64,000 nt of DNA from Candidatus Marinacidobacterales bacterium (GTDB lineage: Bacteria; Acidobacteriota; Vicinamibacteria; Marinacidobacterales; SMYC01). Shown here in pieces: positions 10,565-21,431 of the stretch. The DNA is taken from NCBI GenBank assembly GCA_965237955.1, contig OZ250169.1:2880001-2944000 (forward strand). The letters run 5' to 3'. Every line of letters begins with the position of its first letter. The stretch's first letter is position 1. The position numbers and the translations under genes were made by a program. The notes under the pieces are model-generated. The model worked only from the letters and a program-made list of their open reading frames with translations, made no database searches and was not told where the DNA came from.

Positions 10565-10795
10565 ATGCTCCATGTTCTCGTATTCCTCGTCTCTCTCGGC
10601 GCCCGTGCGATCCGGGCGATGTGTCGGCGGCGAGCCGACCTCGTGATTGAAAACCTGGCTCTGCGGCAGCAGGTGACGGCGCTCAAACAGGAGCGACCCC
10701 GGCCACCGCTCGATGACACGGACCGAGCATTCTGGGTCGCGCTGCGGAGCTCGTGGCCGGCATGGGCGAGCCGCTTGGTGATCGTCAACGCAGTA
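10565..10795 (+). pseudogene. N-terminal fragment of an ENLALRQQ-type rve integrase
   Basis: LVIENLALRQQV...DRAFWV motif; TGT-ended terminus with IHF-like site at 10446. Confidence 0.7.
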
Positions 10796-10953
10796 CGCCA
10801 ACAACCGCAGCCCGCGCTTTTTTCAGGATCACTACGAGGAAGTCGAAGAGCGTGCCGGAGGCTGGCACCAGTTGGTTGGCAACTTCGTTACTTATACGCC
10901 CGCAGAGCCGGGCACCGGACAGTTCGCCGGAAGCGCGTTTCTCGGGACGGACG

Positions 10954-11358
10954 ATGACTCAATCCCCAGCTTGGCTGGAGTCGCTTGTCGACAACGTGGT
11001 CAACTGCATGGAAACAAGTGCTCCAGGCTCCGTGGGCTATCGATGGCTGAACGAGGATGATGAGTATTGGGAGGTTTTTGTCTTTTGGACTCCCGTCAAG
11101 TTGGTCGGGGGCGGTGTCGAGAGTGAGATTGTGTATCCGTTATTTTCGCTAGACTTGCAAGGGTTGAGCTCCTGTTTCGAGAAGGTGGAGGACTTCCGCT
11201 GGCAAGCACATGCGTTCAGCCCGCACGATCCTGAAGGCCCTAACGTCTGCATCGAGGGCATGCATCGAGGGCATCGCGTTTGCCTCCGAGTCCTCAGCGA
11301 ACCGCCGGAGGACGAAGAGCCCGGACTGGAGCTTGAAACACCATCCAAGGTGGAGTAG
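10954..11358 (+). CDS. Hypothetical protein
   Basis: Clean 134-aa ORF with protein-like composition. Confidence 0.6.
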   Translation: MTQSPAWLESLVDNVVNCMETSAPGSVGYRWLNEDDEYWEVFVFWTPVKLVGGGVESEIVYPLFSLDLQGLSSCFEKVEDFRWQAHAFSPHDPEGPNVCIEGMHRGHRVCLRVLSEPPEDEEPGLELETPSKVE

Positions 11359-11643
11359 ACACTCTCGGCAACGCCCGTGGCGGGCTTCGGCCAACGTGCG
11401 GCGACCAAGGCCCCTGTAGAACTCGCGAAGACGTCTGGTCGGCGAGCTCTCCGAGAAACTGAAACGCCGACTCACCCCTTGAGTACGAAAGGGTCTGCTC
11501 GGCTCATTACAAAGCCGAGGTTCCGCCTGGCCAAGGACAAAGGCGCCGCATCGTCGCGAAGCGTCTAATGTCGAGGATTGACGTTTGTGGTTAACCCGCA
11601 ACCCCTAACTTTGCCCACATGTCACCCCACGGGAGGTTTTCGA

Positions 11644-11757
11644 GGCGTTGTTGCATAAATATTGGTAAGTCGTTGATTCTATTGACTCTGTAATTTTGGC
11701 CCCAAAAACGTAACTTGCTGATTCCTTTAGGTTTGTCGGGAATTATGCAACAACGCC
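11644..11757. mobile_element. IS903-type MITE
   Basis: IRs GGCGTTGTTGCATA / TATGCAACAACGCC around an AT-rich core. Confidence 0.75.
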
Positions 11758-12105
11758 GCGCGAAGGTCCAAGCCAGCCACTTGCTATGAAGCCGAAACCT
11801 CAACGGCGGAGGTTTCGAGAACGGCGTGTAAGTCTATGAGTTCAAGGGCGGACGCGTTTTGATGAACCACAGGCCTGTTGGTCACGCTGGATCCAACCAG
11901 CGACGGCGACGACCAAAAATGTCAAGGGTTGGATCGGCGTGCTCATGACGGAGGATTCTAGCTTCCCTTGGCGAACCAAGCGTAGACCCTACCGACTTTG
12001 GTCAAGAGAGTGTGCCAATCTTAGTTGGACATTGAAACGGCTCCAAACCCCGTGGTTTGATGACGTTGGCAAAACAACATCAAGCCACAAGAGAAAGGAG
12101 CCAAG

Positions 12106-13401
12106 ATGGGAAGTCTGCTACGTACCGCCAAGAAACACAAGAAGTCACGTCGTTTGGGTGAGGTCGAGGTCGTGAAGAGAGAGGAGTACGGGGAGCTTGA
12201 GCTGGATGCCAAGGTCGAGATGATCCGTGCGTTGGTCCCCCTTGGTCTAATGCGCGTTCACGAGTTGCTCGACGACGAGGTGAAGGCGTTGGCGGGAGAG
12301 CGATACGCTCGCAAGGACGAGCCGGAGCGTGGTCGCCGCCACGGAACCAACCCTGGCACGGTGGGACTAGCAGGGCAGCGGGTACCGATCCGTGTGCCAC
12401 GGGTTCGGAGCATCGAGGGAGGAGAGATACCGCTTCGTTCCTACGAGGCGCTGAGCGCGGGTGGAGAGGTGAATGATCTTTTGCTGAGACGAGTGCTGTA
12501 CGGAATCTCGTGTCGCAACTACGAGGCGGCAGCGGAGGCGATTCCGGGTGCCATCGGGCTGTCGAGTTCGACGGTGTCTCGAGGTTTCGTGCAAGCGAGC
12601 GCGTCGAAGCTCCGGGAGATGCAAGAACGAGATCTATCCGGTGAAGATGTGGTCGCGATGTTCCTGGACGGGAAGACGTTCGCCGAGGCAATGATGGTCG
12701 TAGCGCTGGGCATCACGGTTTCCGGGGAAAAACGCTTCTTGGGCTTCGTGGAAACGGACACGGAGAACGCGCAGGTGTTGACGCCGTTCCTGCGTTGCTT
12801 GCTCGAGCGGGGACTCGATATCTCCCAGGGTCTACTGGTGGTCATCGACGGCGCCAAGGGCCTCCAGGCGGCCGTAAAGAAGGCATTCCGTAAGCGGGCC
12901 CTAATACAACGGTGCCAGTGGCATAAACGTGAAAATGTCGTGAGCTACCTGTCCAAGGGCGAGCAGGCGTCGTTGCGCAAGCGGCTGCAGCGGGCCTACG
13001 ACAGGCCAGAATACAAAGAGGCCCTCGCTGCACTCAACCAACTCCACGGTGAGTTGGAAGAGCGGAACCAATCCGCAGCTGGCAGCCTGGAGGAAGGGCT
13101 CGAGGCGACACTGACGCTGCATCGACTGGGCGTGTACGGCATGCTGGGCCGTTCCTTCAAGACAACGAACTGCCTTGAATCCGTCAATGCTCTCGTTGAG
13201 GAACGCTGCGCGAAGGTCGACCACTGGAAGAACTCCAGCCAACGCCAGCGGTGGCTAGCGACGGCGCTCGTGGATATTGAACCGCGCTTGCGGAAGGTGG
13301 TGGGGTACCGCCATCTTCCCAAGCTTCGCGAAGCTCTCAAACGGGAACTGAAGATCGAGACGAAGACATCAACGCTATCGACGACGAAGAAGGTCGCGTA
13401 A
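12106..13401 (+). CDS. IS256-family (Mutator-like) transposase
   Basis: FLDGK, VIDGAKGL, QRCQWHK, TTNCLESVN motifs. Confidence 0.9.
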   Translation: MGSLLRTAKKHKKSRRLGEVEVVKREEYGELELDAKVEMIRALVPLGLMRVHELLDDEVKALAGERYARKDEPERGRRHGTNPGTVGLAGQRVPIRVPRVRSIEGGEIPLRSYEALSAGGEVNDLLLRRVLYGISCRNYEAAAEAIPGAIGLSSSTVSRGFVQASASKLREMQERDLSGEDVVAMFLDGKTFAEAMMVVALGITVSGEKRFLGFVETDTENAQVLTPFLRCLLERGLDISQGLLVVIDGAKGLQAAVKKAFRKRALIQRCQWHKRENVVSYLSKGEQASLRKRLQRAYDRPEYKEALAALNQLHGELEERNQSAAGSLEEGLEATLTLHRLGVYGMLGRSFKTTNCLESVNALVEERCAKVDHWKNSSQRQRWLATALVDIEPRLRKVVGYRHLPKLREALKRELKIETKTSTLSTTKKVA

Positions 13402-13508
13402 TCGTGAGCCGTGGAGAGTTTCAACTAAGCATCGTACGCGCAGGGCTCGCGATCTATCTGGGTAGAAACTCCAGTGCTGCATGGAGCGTCCGTTTCATAC
13501 AATAGCGG

Positions 13509-13665
13509 GAGCATCCGGGAACCGAGGCCGACTCAACACTGGTGCGATCCAGCCCGTAACTAAGCATGGCCCGGGGATGTTTCGGCACTGTCAGTGGTGA
13601 CACGCGTGAGCGTGATCCCGTTTAGGAGAATGTAACGAATGCCCATCCCTGTTCCCGGATGCTTC
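13509..13665 (+). ncRNA. Putative IS110 bridge RNA, copy 2
   Basis: Identical to 6994-7150. Confidence 0.65.
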
Positions 13666-13672
13666 ACGAAGT

Positions 13673-15076
13673 ATGAAGGAGCATCTGATGAAGCACAATC
13701 GTCGTCAACCCAAGAAGCGGACTTCTCCATCCCTGCTGAAGCAAATCAACGTGAATGTCGCTGGGATCGATTGCGGCTCGGCCGAGCATTTCGTCGCAGT
13801 TCCACCGGAGCGCGATCCTAAACCGATCCGTTCCTTCAGGAGTTTCACGGCCGATCTTCATCGGCTCGCCGACTGGCTCGCGACTTGCGGCGTGACGAGC
13901 ATCGCGATGGAGTCGACCGGCGTCTACTGGATCGCACTGTATGAAATCCTCGAAGCCCGTGGCTTCCAGGTCCTCTTGGTCAACGCGCGCCACGTCAAAA
14001 ACGTCCCGGGGCGCAAGAGCGATGTCAGCGATTGCGAATGGCTCCGGGAGTTGCACAGCGTGGGGTTGCTCCGCGGAAGCTTTCGACCCGAAGCAGCCAT
14101 CACCGCCCTTCGTGGCTACCTCCGCCACCGAGAGACTCTCGTTCAGAGTGCGGTAACCCATATCCAGCGCATGCAGAAGGCTCTCGTGCAAATGAATCTT
14201 CAACTCCACCTTGTGGTCACTGATATCACGGGTGTCACTGGCATGCGGATTCTACGAGACATCGTTGCCGGACAAACCGACCCCCATCGGCTCGCTAAGC
14301 ACCGTGACCACCGTTGTCAGTCCTCCGAGGCCGAGATCGCCGCTGCACTCACCGGCAACTATCGCCCCGAGCACCTCTTCGCTCTCAAGCAGAACCTCGA
14401 ACTCTTTGATGCTTTTCAGCTCCAGATCCAAACCTGTGACGTGGCCATCGAATCGCACCTGCAGCTTCTAGCTCAACGCTCAACCCCGAACACCTCCTTG
14501 CCACCGCCTCGAAAATCGCGCAAGCCCCGAGTGAACGAACCTCGGTTCGAGCTCCGGCCTCTCCTCCACCAGATCGCCGGGGTCGACCTCTCCCAGATCG
14601 ACGCCATCGGACCCTATTCCGCGCTTCGCTTGCTCGCCGAGATCGGTACCGATATGAACCGATGGCCTACTGAAAAGCACTTCACTTCCTGGCTTACCCT
14701 CGCGCCCAATAACAAAATCTCCGGCGGGCGACTCCTCAGCTCGAAAACACAACCCTCTGCAAACCGGGCCGCTGGCATTCTCCGCATGGCCGCACTCAGC
14801 CTCGGGCGTACACAGACCGCTCTCGGCGCCTACTATCGACGTCTCGCCTATCGCGTCGGTAAATCCAAAGCCATCACCGCCACCGCTCGAAAGCTCGCCA
14901 TTCTCGTCTACCGCACTCTCAAGGATGGGCTCGTCTATCAAGACCCCGGGGCCGCCGCCTACAACGCTCAAGATCGCTCCCGTGCCGTGCGCCGCCTGAC
15001 CCAACGCGCCGCTGACCTCGGTTTCGCTCTCATCGACACTCAAACGGGCGACGTCGTTCAGGCGGTAGTTTCTTAG
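13673..15076 (+). CDS. IS110-family recombinase/transposase
   Basis: Same protein as 7158-8561. Confidence 0.92.
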   Translation: MKEHLMKHNRRQPKKRTSPSLLKQINVNVAGIDCGSAEHFVAVPPERDPKPIRSFRSFTADLHRLADWLATCGVTSIAMESTGVYWIALYEILEARGFQVLLVNARHVKNVPGRKSDVSDCEWLRELHSVGLLRGSFRPEAAITALRGYLRHRETLVQSAVTHIQRMQKALVQMNLQLHLVVTDITGVTGMRILRDIVAGQTDPHRLAKHRDHRCQSSEAEIAAALTGNYRPEHLFALKQNLELFDAFQLQIQTCDVAIESHLQLLAQRSTPNTSLPPPRKSRKPRVNEPRFELRPLLHQIAGVDLSQIDAIGPYSALRLLAEIGTDMNRWPTEKHFTSWLTLAPNNKISGGRLLSSKTQPSANRAAGILRMAALSLGRTQTALGAYYRRLAYRVGKSKAITATARKLAILVYRTLKDGLVYQDPGAAAYNAQDRSRAVRRLTQRAADLGFALIDTQTGDVVQAVVS

Positions 15077-15335
15077 GAGGAGAATGGGCTTGACTCTTGG
15101 TCAATATCCAATCCCTTGAAACTTCCGATCCATGCTTCCGAACGACGGATTCGTCAGTCGCTAGTCCCTCCAAGCTTTTCTCAGATAGACGGTTATCTGA
15201 TCGAGGGTTCCGGCCTTACTGTCCGATCGGTGAAAATGAGATCCAAACTTTTGAACACGAAGAATATCGAGCAGGAGTCGGCCCGCTAATCTACTCATTT
15301 CTAGAGACTTACGCATTATCTTTCGGTGCTAGCTG

Positions 15336-15351
15336 TGGAATAGAACTTGCA
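15336..15351 (+). promoter_or_regulatory. Putative sigma-54 promoter (-24/-12)
   Basis: TGGAATAGAACTTGCA has GG-N10-GC spacing, upstream of the TonB receptor gene. Confidence 0.45.
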
Positions 15352-15516
15352 TAATCATTTAGGCAGGAGGCTCTGTGCTCTCCAAAGTCATATCTACTTT
15401 CTTGCAGGTGTCGACGTAGGCTATCGCCTGTTCTGACATCTTCTGTTGCAAAGCCTCCTTTTGTAGGGATCGTGCTTCGCCGGGTTTCGGTGGGGTATTA
15501 AGAGGGAGGCAAACTG

Positions 15517-18495
15517 ATGTTATTTAAGTCAATAATAGTTCGTGGTGCGTCACTGCACGTAGTGATGGTGGTGCCGCTGGCCCTTTTACTGGCCTGCGGG
15601 GCGGCCTTCGCGCAGGAAATCACCGGAGGCATCTACGGCAAAGTCACGGATGAGCAAGGGCTTGTTGTACCAGGAGCGACGGTGACGATCACCAGTTCCC
15701 AGCACATCGGGAAGGAGGTCCGAGTCACCACGGAGGAGGGTACCTACCGGGTCCAGCGGCTCACGCCATCGAACAACTACACCGTGCTCGTGGAGTTGGT
15801 AGGATTTAAAACCATCACCCATCGAGAGGTGATCGTGCGTGCCGGGCAGTTCATCGCGGTGGATGCACAATTGTCCGCGGGGGCGGTGGTGGAGAACATT
15901 ACCGTCGTTGGCAGAGCGCCGCTGCTCGACGTCAAGAGCTCGGCGTCGTTGCGGACCTTGGAGTCCGCTCAGATGGAGAATATCCCCCTGGGGCGTGATA
16001 TTACGTCTCTCCTCAATTCGCTTCCTGGCGTCCTGGATGCGGGGCGAGGTGGACAACAAACGGTTCACGGGAGCGATCCACGCGGCAACGTGTACACCAT
16101 CGACGGAGCGAATGCCAATGACACCACGGTAGGTACCAAACTCACGTCCATCCCGATAGACATGATCGAGGAAGTTCAGCTCACGACATCGGGTATGCCC
16201 GCGGAGTTTGGCAATGCCCATGGCGGGGTTTTCAACATCGTGACCAAGTCAGGAGGGAACGACTTCCATGGTACGGCCAGCTTCTATTACGAGGGCGAGG
16301 ACTTGGAGGCGAACAACGTCTCGCCCGAGCGCGCGGAGGAGCTCGGGACAGGGACGAGCACGGTCAAGGACCAGGAGATTGGTGGAACTTTTGGAGGGCC
16401 GATCAAGAAAGACAAGATCTGGTTCTTCGCCAATTTCCGTCTCCTCGACTCGGAGCGGCGACAACCCATACTCCCCGATCAGAAAATTGAATCCGACCAG
16501 CAACAGTCCTTCCTGAAGCTCACCTGGGATATACGCCCGGGATCCCGGCTCCACGGGTCTCTCACGACCCGTAGCTCGAGTCGCTTTCCGGCTAACATCA
16601 GCGTCGGAAGGGCCAACAGCCCGGAGACCTGGTCAGATTCTAAGAGTGACGCGAAGATCTTGAATATCGCGAGTACGCATCTGTGGGGGGCTGACACCAT
16701 CCTGGACTTGCAGTTCCACAAGGTGTGGAAAGGTACCTCTCGGGACACTCCCAACAACCCCGGGAGCAAAGTCGGCCTTCTCGACGTCGCTACGCAAGTA
16801 CAGACCGGAGGGATCACCAGCGGTCTCCCCCAAACAGATTGCCGGTGTACAACGGGATTCAAAGCCGATCTCTCACACTTCCGCGAGAACTGGGCGGGAG
16901 GCTCCCACGAGATCAAGGGCGGCTTCTTTGTGGACTTCCCGACTTTCGACCGGTCGCAGTCGTACCCGAATGGGGAGGATGTCCAACAACGCCTCTTCGA
17001 CGGGGCGCCCTATCGGGTAACCCTGGAGTGGTATCCGGTCGAAGATCGACTCGCGCTTGACCGCTATGGACTGTACCTGCAGGACCAGTGGACGATTGGA
17101 CGGCGGGCCACTCTGAACCTCGGAGTCCGGTGGGTCACGCAAGAAGGCTGGATTCCCGCGCAGTCTCGAGGAGGCGGCCGCTGGTTCCGCAGGGAGTCCT
17201 TCTCGGAGATCCGCGACGTCATCAACTTGAGCAACATCGAGCCGCGCCTTGGTCTCTCGTATGGACTGGGTGAGGAGCAAAGGAGTTCCCTCAAAGTCAG
17301 TTACGGGCGCTACTACCGGAACCTCCTGACCCAGGACACACTCCCTGGCGCCCCCAGTTCCGGTGGCACCGAAACGTACGGATGGAACGACCTGAATGGC
17401 GATTTCGTATTCCAGGACGGTGAGCGGGGAGACCTCGTCGGAAGTGAGTTGAACCCCAACATTAGGGATAACTCGAACTTCGTCGATCCCGACTTGACGA
17501 ATTCTTACGTGGATATCTTTAACGTTGCGCTCGATCATGAATTGGCGAACGACTTCGTCTTGTCGGTGGGGGGAATCTTCAAGCGCAAACGTAACATCAT
17601 AGAGGACACTCGTCTGCGGGAAGGAGGAGACCAACAAAACCCGTTCAATGACTACAGGCCGCTCGAGGTGGTCAACCCGTTCGATGACTCCCCCCTCACC
17701 ATCTTTGCCCTGAGACCGGAGTTTCTGGGGTCTCGGAGCCGCCGTTTCCTGACCAACCCCGACTTCGCGGGGAAACTCTACCAGAACTACAACGGGCTGG
17801 AGATCACCGCAAAAAGACGTTTTCGCGACGGCTGGCAATTGTTGGCGTCGTACATCCTCAGCGAGGCGGAGGGCAACATCTCCAACGACTTCAATGGCAC
17901 CACGACCTACAACCGTGTCTACAATGACCCCAATTCACTCATCAACGCGGAAGGGAATGTGTCCCAGGACGCCACCCATGCGTTCAAGCTCCAGGGAACT
18001 TACACATTCCCCTACGATATATTGGTGAGCGGGTTCTACCAGGCGACGACCGGTTTCCCTCTCCTGCTGTTCCGTGAACAAACTAACACGTCTCAGGGGG
18101 TCTACATCGCGCGTTTTTTCCAAGGCTGCCCCGCCACGGGCACGGGCACGGGCGCGGCCAAGGGTGATGGAGGGGGAGCCGGCGGTTGTCGGCCGCTTGG
18201 GCCGTGGCCACTTGGTACTCAAGGAATCGTGGTGGAGGGCAACATCGATGCGAACGCGGTACCGATCGGTACCTTCCGCCTCGACCCCTCGCACAAACTC
18301 GACCTCCGAGTGGAAAAGCAATTTCCGCTCGGGAACGGAAAGCGATTGGGGATCATCTTTGATGTATTCAATGTAGCCAATGCTAGCCGGGTTAGGAGCA
18401 TCCAGACAAACTTTCTGGACCAACCGAATTTCTTGAGGGCGGCGTCGATCGAATCACCCCGTATCCTAAGAATCGGCGTGCGCTTCCAGTTCTAA
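15517..18495 (+). CDS. TonB-dependent receptor (Oar-like, carboxypeptidase-regulatory N-domain)
   Basis: G.VTDEQG.VVPGATVTI; AEFG.A.GGVFNIVTKSGGNDFHG plug; terminal RIGVRFQF. Confidence 0.9.
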   Translation: MLFKSIIVRGASLHVVMVVPLALLLACGAAFAQEITGGIYGKVTDEQGLVVPGATVTITSSQHIGKEVRVTTEEGTYRVQRLTPSNNYTVLVELVGFKTITHREVIVRAGQFIAVDAQLSAGAVVENITVVGRAPLLDVKSSASLRTLESAQMENIPLGRDITSLLNSLPGVLDAGRGGQQTVHGSDPRGNVYTIDGANANDTTVGTKLTSIPIDMIEEVQLTTSGMPAEFGNAHGGVFNIVTKSGGNDFHGTASFYYEGEDLEANNVSPERAEELGTGTSTVKDQEIGGTFGGPIKKDKIWFFANFRLLDSERRQPILPDQKIESDQQQSFLKLTWDIRPGSRLHGSLTTRSSSRFPANISVGRANSPETWSDSKSDAKILNIASTHLWGADTILDLQFHKVWKGTSRDTPNNPGSKVGLLDVATQVQTGGITSGLPQTDCRCTTGFKADLSHFRENWAGGSHEIKGGFFVDFPTFDRSQSYPNGEDVQQRLFDGAPYRVTLEWYPVEDRLALDRYGLYLQDQWTIGRRATLNLGVRWVTQEGWIPAQSRGGGRWFRRESFSEIRDVINLSNIEPRLGLSYGLGEEQRSSLKVSYGRYYRNLLTQDTLPGAPSSGGTETYGWNDLNGDFVFQDGERGDLVGSELNPNIRDNSNFVDPDLTNSYVDIFNVALDHELANDFVLSVGGIFKRKRNIIEDTRLREGGDQQNPFNDYRPLEVVNPFDDSPLTIFALRPEFLGSRSRRFLTNPDFAGKLYQNYNGLEITAKRRFRDGWQLLASYILSEAEGNISNDFNGTTTYNRVYNDPNSLINAEGNVSQDATHAFKLQGTYTFPYDILVSGFYQATTGFPLLLFREQTNTSQGVYIARFFQGCPATGTGTGAAKGDGGGAGGCRPLGPWPLGTQGIVVEGNIDANAVPIGTFRLDPSHKLDLRVEKQFPLGNGKRLGIIFDVFNVANASRVRSIQTNFLDQPNFLRAASIESPRILRIGVRFQF

Positions 18496-18556
18496 TAAGT
18501 GTTGGCGTTGGAGGCACGGAAAGCGTAACCATCTAGCTCACTGAAGAGCGGCAGAG

Positions 18557-18592
18557 AAACCGGGGTGTCAGGAGAGGCACCCCGGTTTTTTT
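18557..18592 (+). terminator. Rho-independent terminator
   Basis: AAACCGGGGTG...CACCCCGGTTT hairpin followed by a T-tract. Confidence 0.8.
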
Positions 18593-18959
18593 GGGACTTA
18601 TACCTATGGCTTGACACGCGCCCGCCGCTTCCGGTGGGCGGCGAGGCTGGATTTGGCATGGCGCTTGCGCTTGCGCTTCCGCTCGTCGTCACCGTCCTGC
18701 GGCTTAGGTACGCAGTGTGGATCGTAATAAGTCATCGTGTCTCCCGTTGGGAGACAGCCGGACGAGCCCGGCCTCGGTGAGTTCGGGCGCTGTGGGCTGC
18801 GCCAGCAGCCCAGCCATGTAGCGGCGGCGGATTTCCCTGTTTTCCTAGCGGCTTCCGTGTTCCACTATCGCCCTTAATGGGGTTGTCAAGCTAGCGGTAT
18901 AAGTCCCGTTTTTTTGGCCATCAGGACGGGTGCCTTTAAACACGGACCGACAGGAAGTG

Positions 18960-19512
18960 GCTAGGAGACGCTGTTAACTGACCGCGGCCGAGAGAGTTCC
19001 TCGCCGTCACGACACGGCTGCTTGAAACGGGTGAAGTTATCCCTCAGGAACTGATTGATAAATTGAAAAAAGCCACTCACTTAAACCAGGGCTCTGCGAC
19101 GGTTGGATACCTGTCGGCTGCGTTCCTGGACCTGGACTTGCACACACTCACGGAACCTCAAGAACTGGATTTAGAGAAGTTTGAAACCGAATCACGCAAC
19201 AAGATCGGTCTTATTCCGGAGATTGGAGTCAGATACAGAAGTACCTATTTCGAACATATCTTCAACCACGGACACTCCTCGGAATATTACAGCTACATAT
19301 GGACCGAGGTTCTTGATGCCCATGCCTTTTTAGTATTCGAAGAGAGAGGCCTCTTTGACCAAACAACAGCACAGGCATTCAGGAAGAATATTCTTGAGAG
19401 AGGCGGCACGGAAGATCCGATGACACTTTATGAGCGCTTCAGGGGGGCTGAGCCCAGCATTGAGCCTTTGCTGAAGAGAAAAGGCCTCGAATCTCCTGAG
19501 AATTCGATATAA
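18960..19512 (+). pseudogene. M3 metallopeptidase (Dcp-like) C-terminal fragment
   Basis: RYRSTYFEHIF, YYSYIW.EVLDA.AF, IL.RGGTEDPMTLY..FRG. Confidence 0.8.
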
Positions 19513-19770
19513 AGCCTTTTGAACTGAAACGGAAAGAGTGCCACTCTTGGTTGGAAATTGGAGGAAGGTCGCAGGAAAAATCGTGCGCCGTGGAGAGTTC
19601 CTAGTGCTGGAACCCTCTGATCCTGTCGGCAAAGGCCGAGGTGGATCGTCTACGAGACGCGCAAGGCGCCAAGCGGATCTTCGAATCGACGAAAGCGTCT
19701 CGAGGGCGATCGTTCCCTGCTAGCGCGATCCGTTCTCCGTAACCGTTTCCGTGGACGTCTGCTCGAACTC
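19477..19770 (+). repeat. Deleted copy of the 6782-10300 locus
   Basis: 6782-6905 sequence joined directly to 10133-10300 sequence. Confidence 0.85.
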
Positions 19771-19989
19771 GACCGCGTCGTGTCCAAAAACTGAAACGGC
19801 CTGAATGGCAGCTCGAACACCTGTCTGCGAGACGGCTGAGCCGCGGCTGGAACCGTTGCCCTTGTGCAGATCGGAGCCGAGCAAACTTGCCGCGATGGAG
19901 GCGCCAAGCGTTACGCGGCCTCACGGTAATAGTATTTGAGTAGTCCACCCAAGCGCTGGCGACACCGGACGGGGCCTTGACGCTCTCCG

Positions 19990-21102
19990 ATGCGCCGCCT
20001 GAGGGTTCGCTCCCGGGTCGAGGGGGACCGGGTGCGGGTCATCGTGGACAATCACTTGCCGGAGATGACCAGCGTGCACTGGCACGGCTTCGAGCTTCCC
20101 ATCGAGATGGACGGCGTTCCGGGCCTCACCCAGGACCCGATTCCACCGGGCGGCCGTTTCGTCTATGAGTTCACCTTGCACCAGAAAGGAACCTTCTTCT
20201 ACCACTCGCATATGCCTATGCAGGAAATGATGGGGATGATCGGCATATTCATCATGCATCCGAAGACACCGGAACGGCCGCGGGTGGACAAGCACTTTGG
20301 GCTCATCCTTCAGGAGTGGGCCATCCTACCTAACAACACGATTCCCAACACCCTGTCGATGGAGTTCAACTGGCTGACGATGAACGGAAAAGCCGGGCCG
20401 GCCACGACGCCGCTGATCGTGAAGCAGGGAGAACGCGTACGGGTTCGGCTCGTCAACTTGGGAATGGACCATCATCCGATTCACCTCCACGGCGTTCAAT
20501 TCGATATCACCGGCACCGAGGGAGGGAGGGTTCCGCGAACGGCCTGGTATCCGACGAACACCGTCCTGGTGGGGGTCGCTCAGGCCAAGGACATCGAGTT
20601 CGAGGCGATCTATCCGGGCGACTGGATCTTCCACTGCCACCTTCCGCACCACATGATGAATCAAATGGTCTCGATGGTCGGCCCCATGACCCACGTGGGC
20701 TCGGGAATGCACTCGGGCATGAGTATGGAGGACGGCATGGGGATGATTCGGCAGGGCCAGGCTCTGTCAGAAGATCTCGGGCCCAGCATGGGACGCGCTA
20801 TCGGATTGCCCAACCGGGAGAGGGAGATCTCCCATCTGGTCGGCCGGGAAAATGAGGGGCAACACGAGCAGCATGGCAGCCCCGGTGCGGAGAACCCCTG
20901 GAGCGTACCGGGCTACCCGCAAGACATGTGGATGACCATGGACGAAATGGTGGCGAAGCCCGAGACCTACGGAATGCGCCCGGGCTGGAGTGGTGGGGTC
21001 ATGGGAATGATGACCGTGGTTCGGGTCCTCCCAGAGGAGATGTACAACAAGGTGATGGCGCTCGTCGGGGAGAAAAAGCAGGCGTCAGCGGCTGCAGATT
21101 GA
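19990..21102 (+). CDS. Multicopper oxidase, probably 5'-truncated
   Basis: HWHG, FYHSH, HPIHLHG, WIFHCHLPHH; Met-rich C-terminus. Confidence 0.85.
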   Translation: MRRLRVRSRVEGDRVRVIVDNHLPEMTSVHWHGFELPIEMDGVPGLTQDPIPPGGRFVYEFTLHQKGTFFYHSHMPMQEMMGMIGIFIMHPKTPERPRVDKHFGLILQEWAILPNNTIPNTLSMEFNWLTMNGKAGPATTPLIVKQGERVRVRLVNLGMDHHPIHLHGVQFDITGTEGGRVPRTAWYPTNTVLVGVAQAKDIEFEAIYPGDWIFHCHLPHHMMNQMVSMVGPMTHVGSGMHSGMSMEDGMGMIRQGQALSEDLGPSMGRAIGLPNREREISHLVGRENEGQHEQHGSPGAENPWSVPGYPQDMWMTMDEMVAKPETYGMRPGWSGGVMGMMTVVRVLPEEMYNKVMALVGEKKQASAAAD

Positions 21103-21431
21103 CGGTGATGGGCGGGTTCAATGGCGCCGGCTTAGGTTCGCTGTTTTGCGGTCGAGATAATCAGGCTCGTCTCTTCCGGCTTGATCGCTTGCTTCGGACG
21201 CGCACAGCAAAGGAAGAGAGAAGGCTGCCTGGGAGATGAAAGAGGAAAATCAACCAAAGCGAGCTCCCGCCGCCACGGGGCTCGCCGAGGCCGGCGGGAT
21301 TTAGGATGATGCATGATCCGGCACACGGCCACCCGCTTGGCCAATCACAGAATTTCGATGCGCCAGCTCCAGATCCACCTACCGGGTGGACGCGGGCGGG
21401 TGCCTTCAATCACACGAAAGGAGCAACAGTA

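Larger units (their letters stand above)
13428..15082 (+). mobile_element. IS110-family element, copy 2
   Basis: Same sequence as copy 1; extra GAG at the right junction (15080-15082). Confidence 0.9.
12006..15096 (+). mobile_element. IS256-family element with IS110 inserted in its right IR
   Basis: IRL GAGAGTGTGCCAATCTTAGTTG; reconstructed IRR CAACTAAGAATGGGCTTGACTC; 8-bp TSD TTGGTCAA at 11998-12005 and 15097-15104. Confidence 0.88.

Noticed and set aside
10443-11874. GGC as proof of a simple insertion of 10446-11871
   Set aside because: The right flank does not resume the interrupted S9 gene, and a 3-bp GC match can arise by chance
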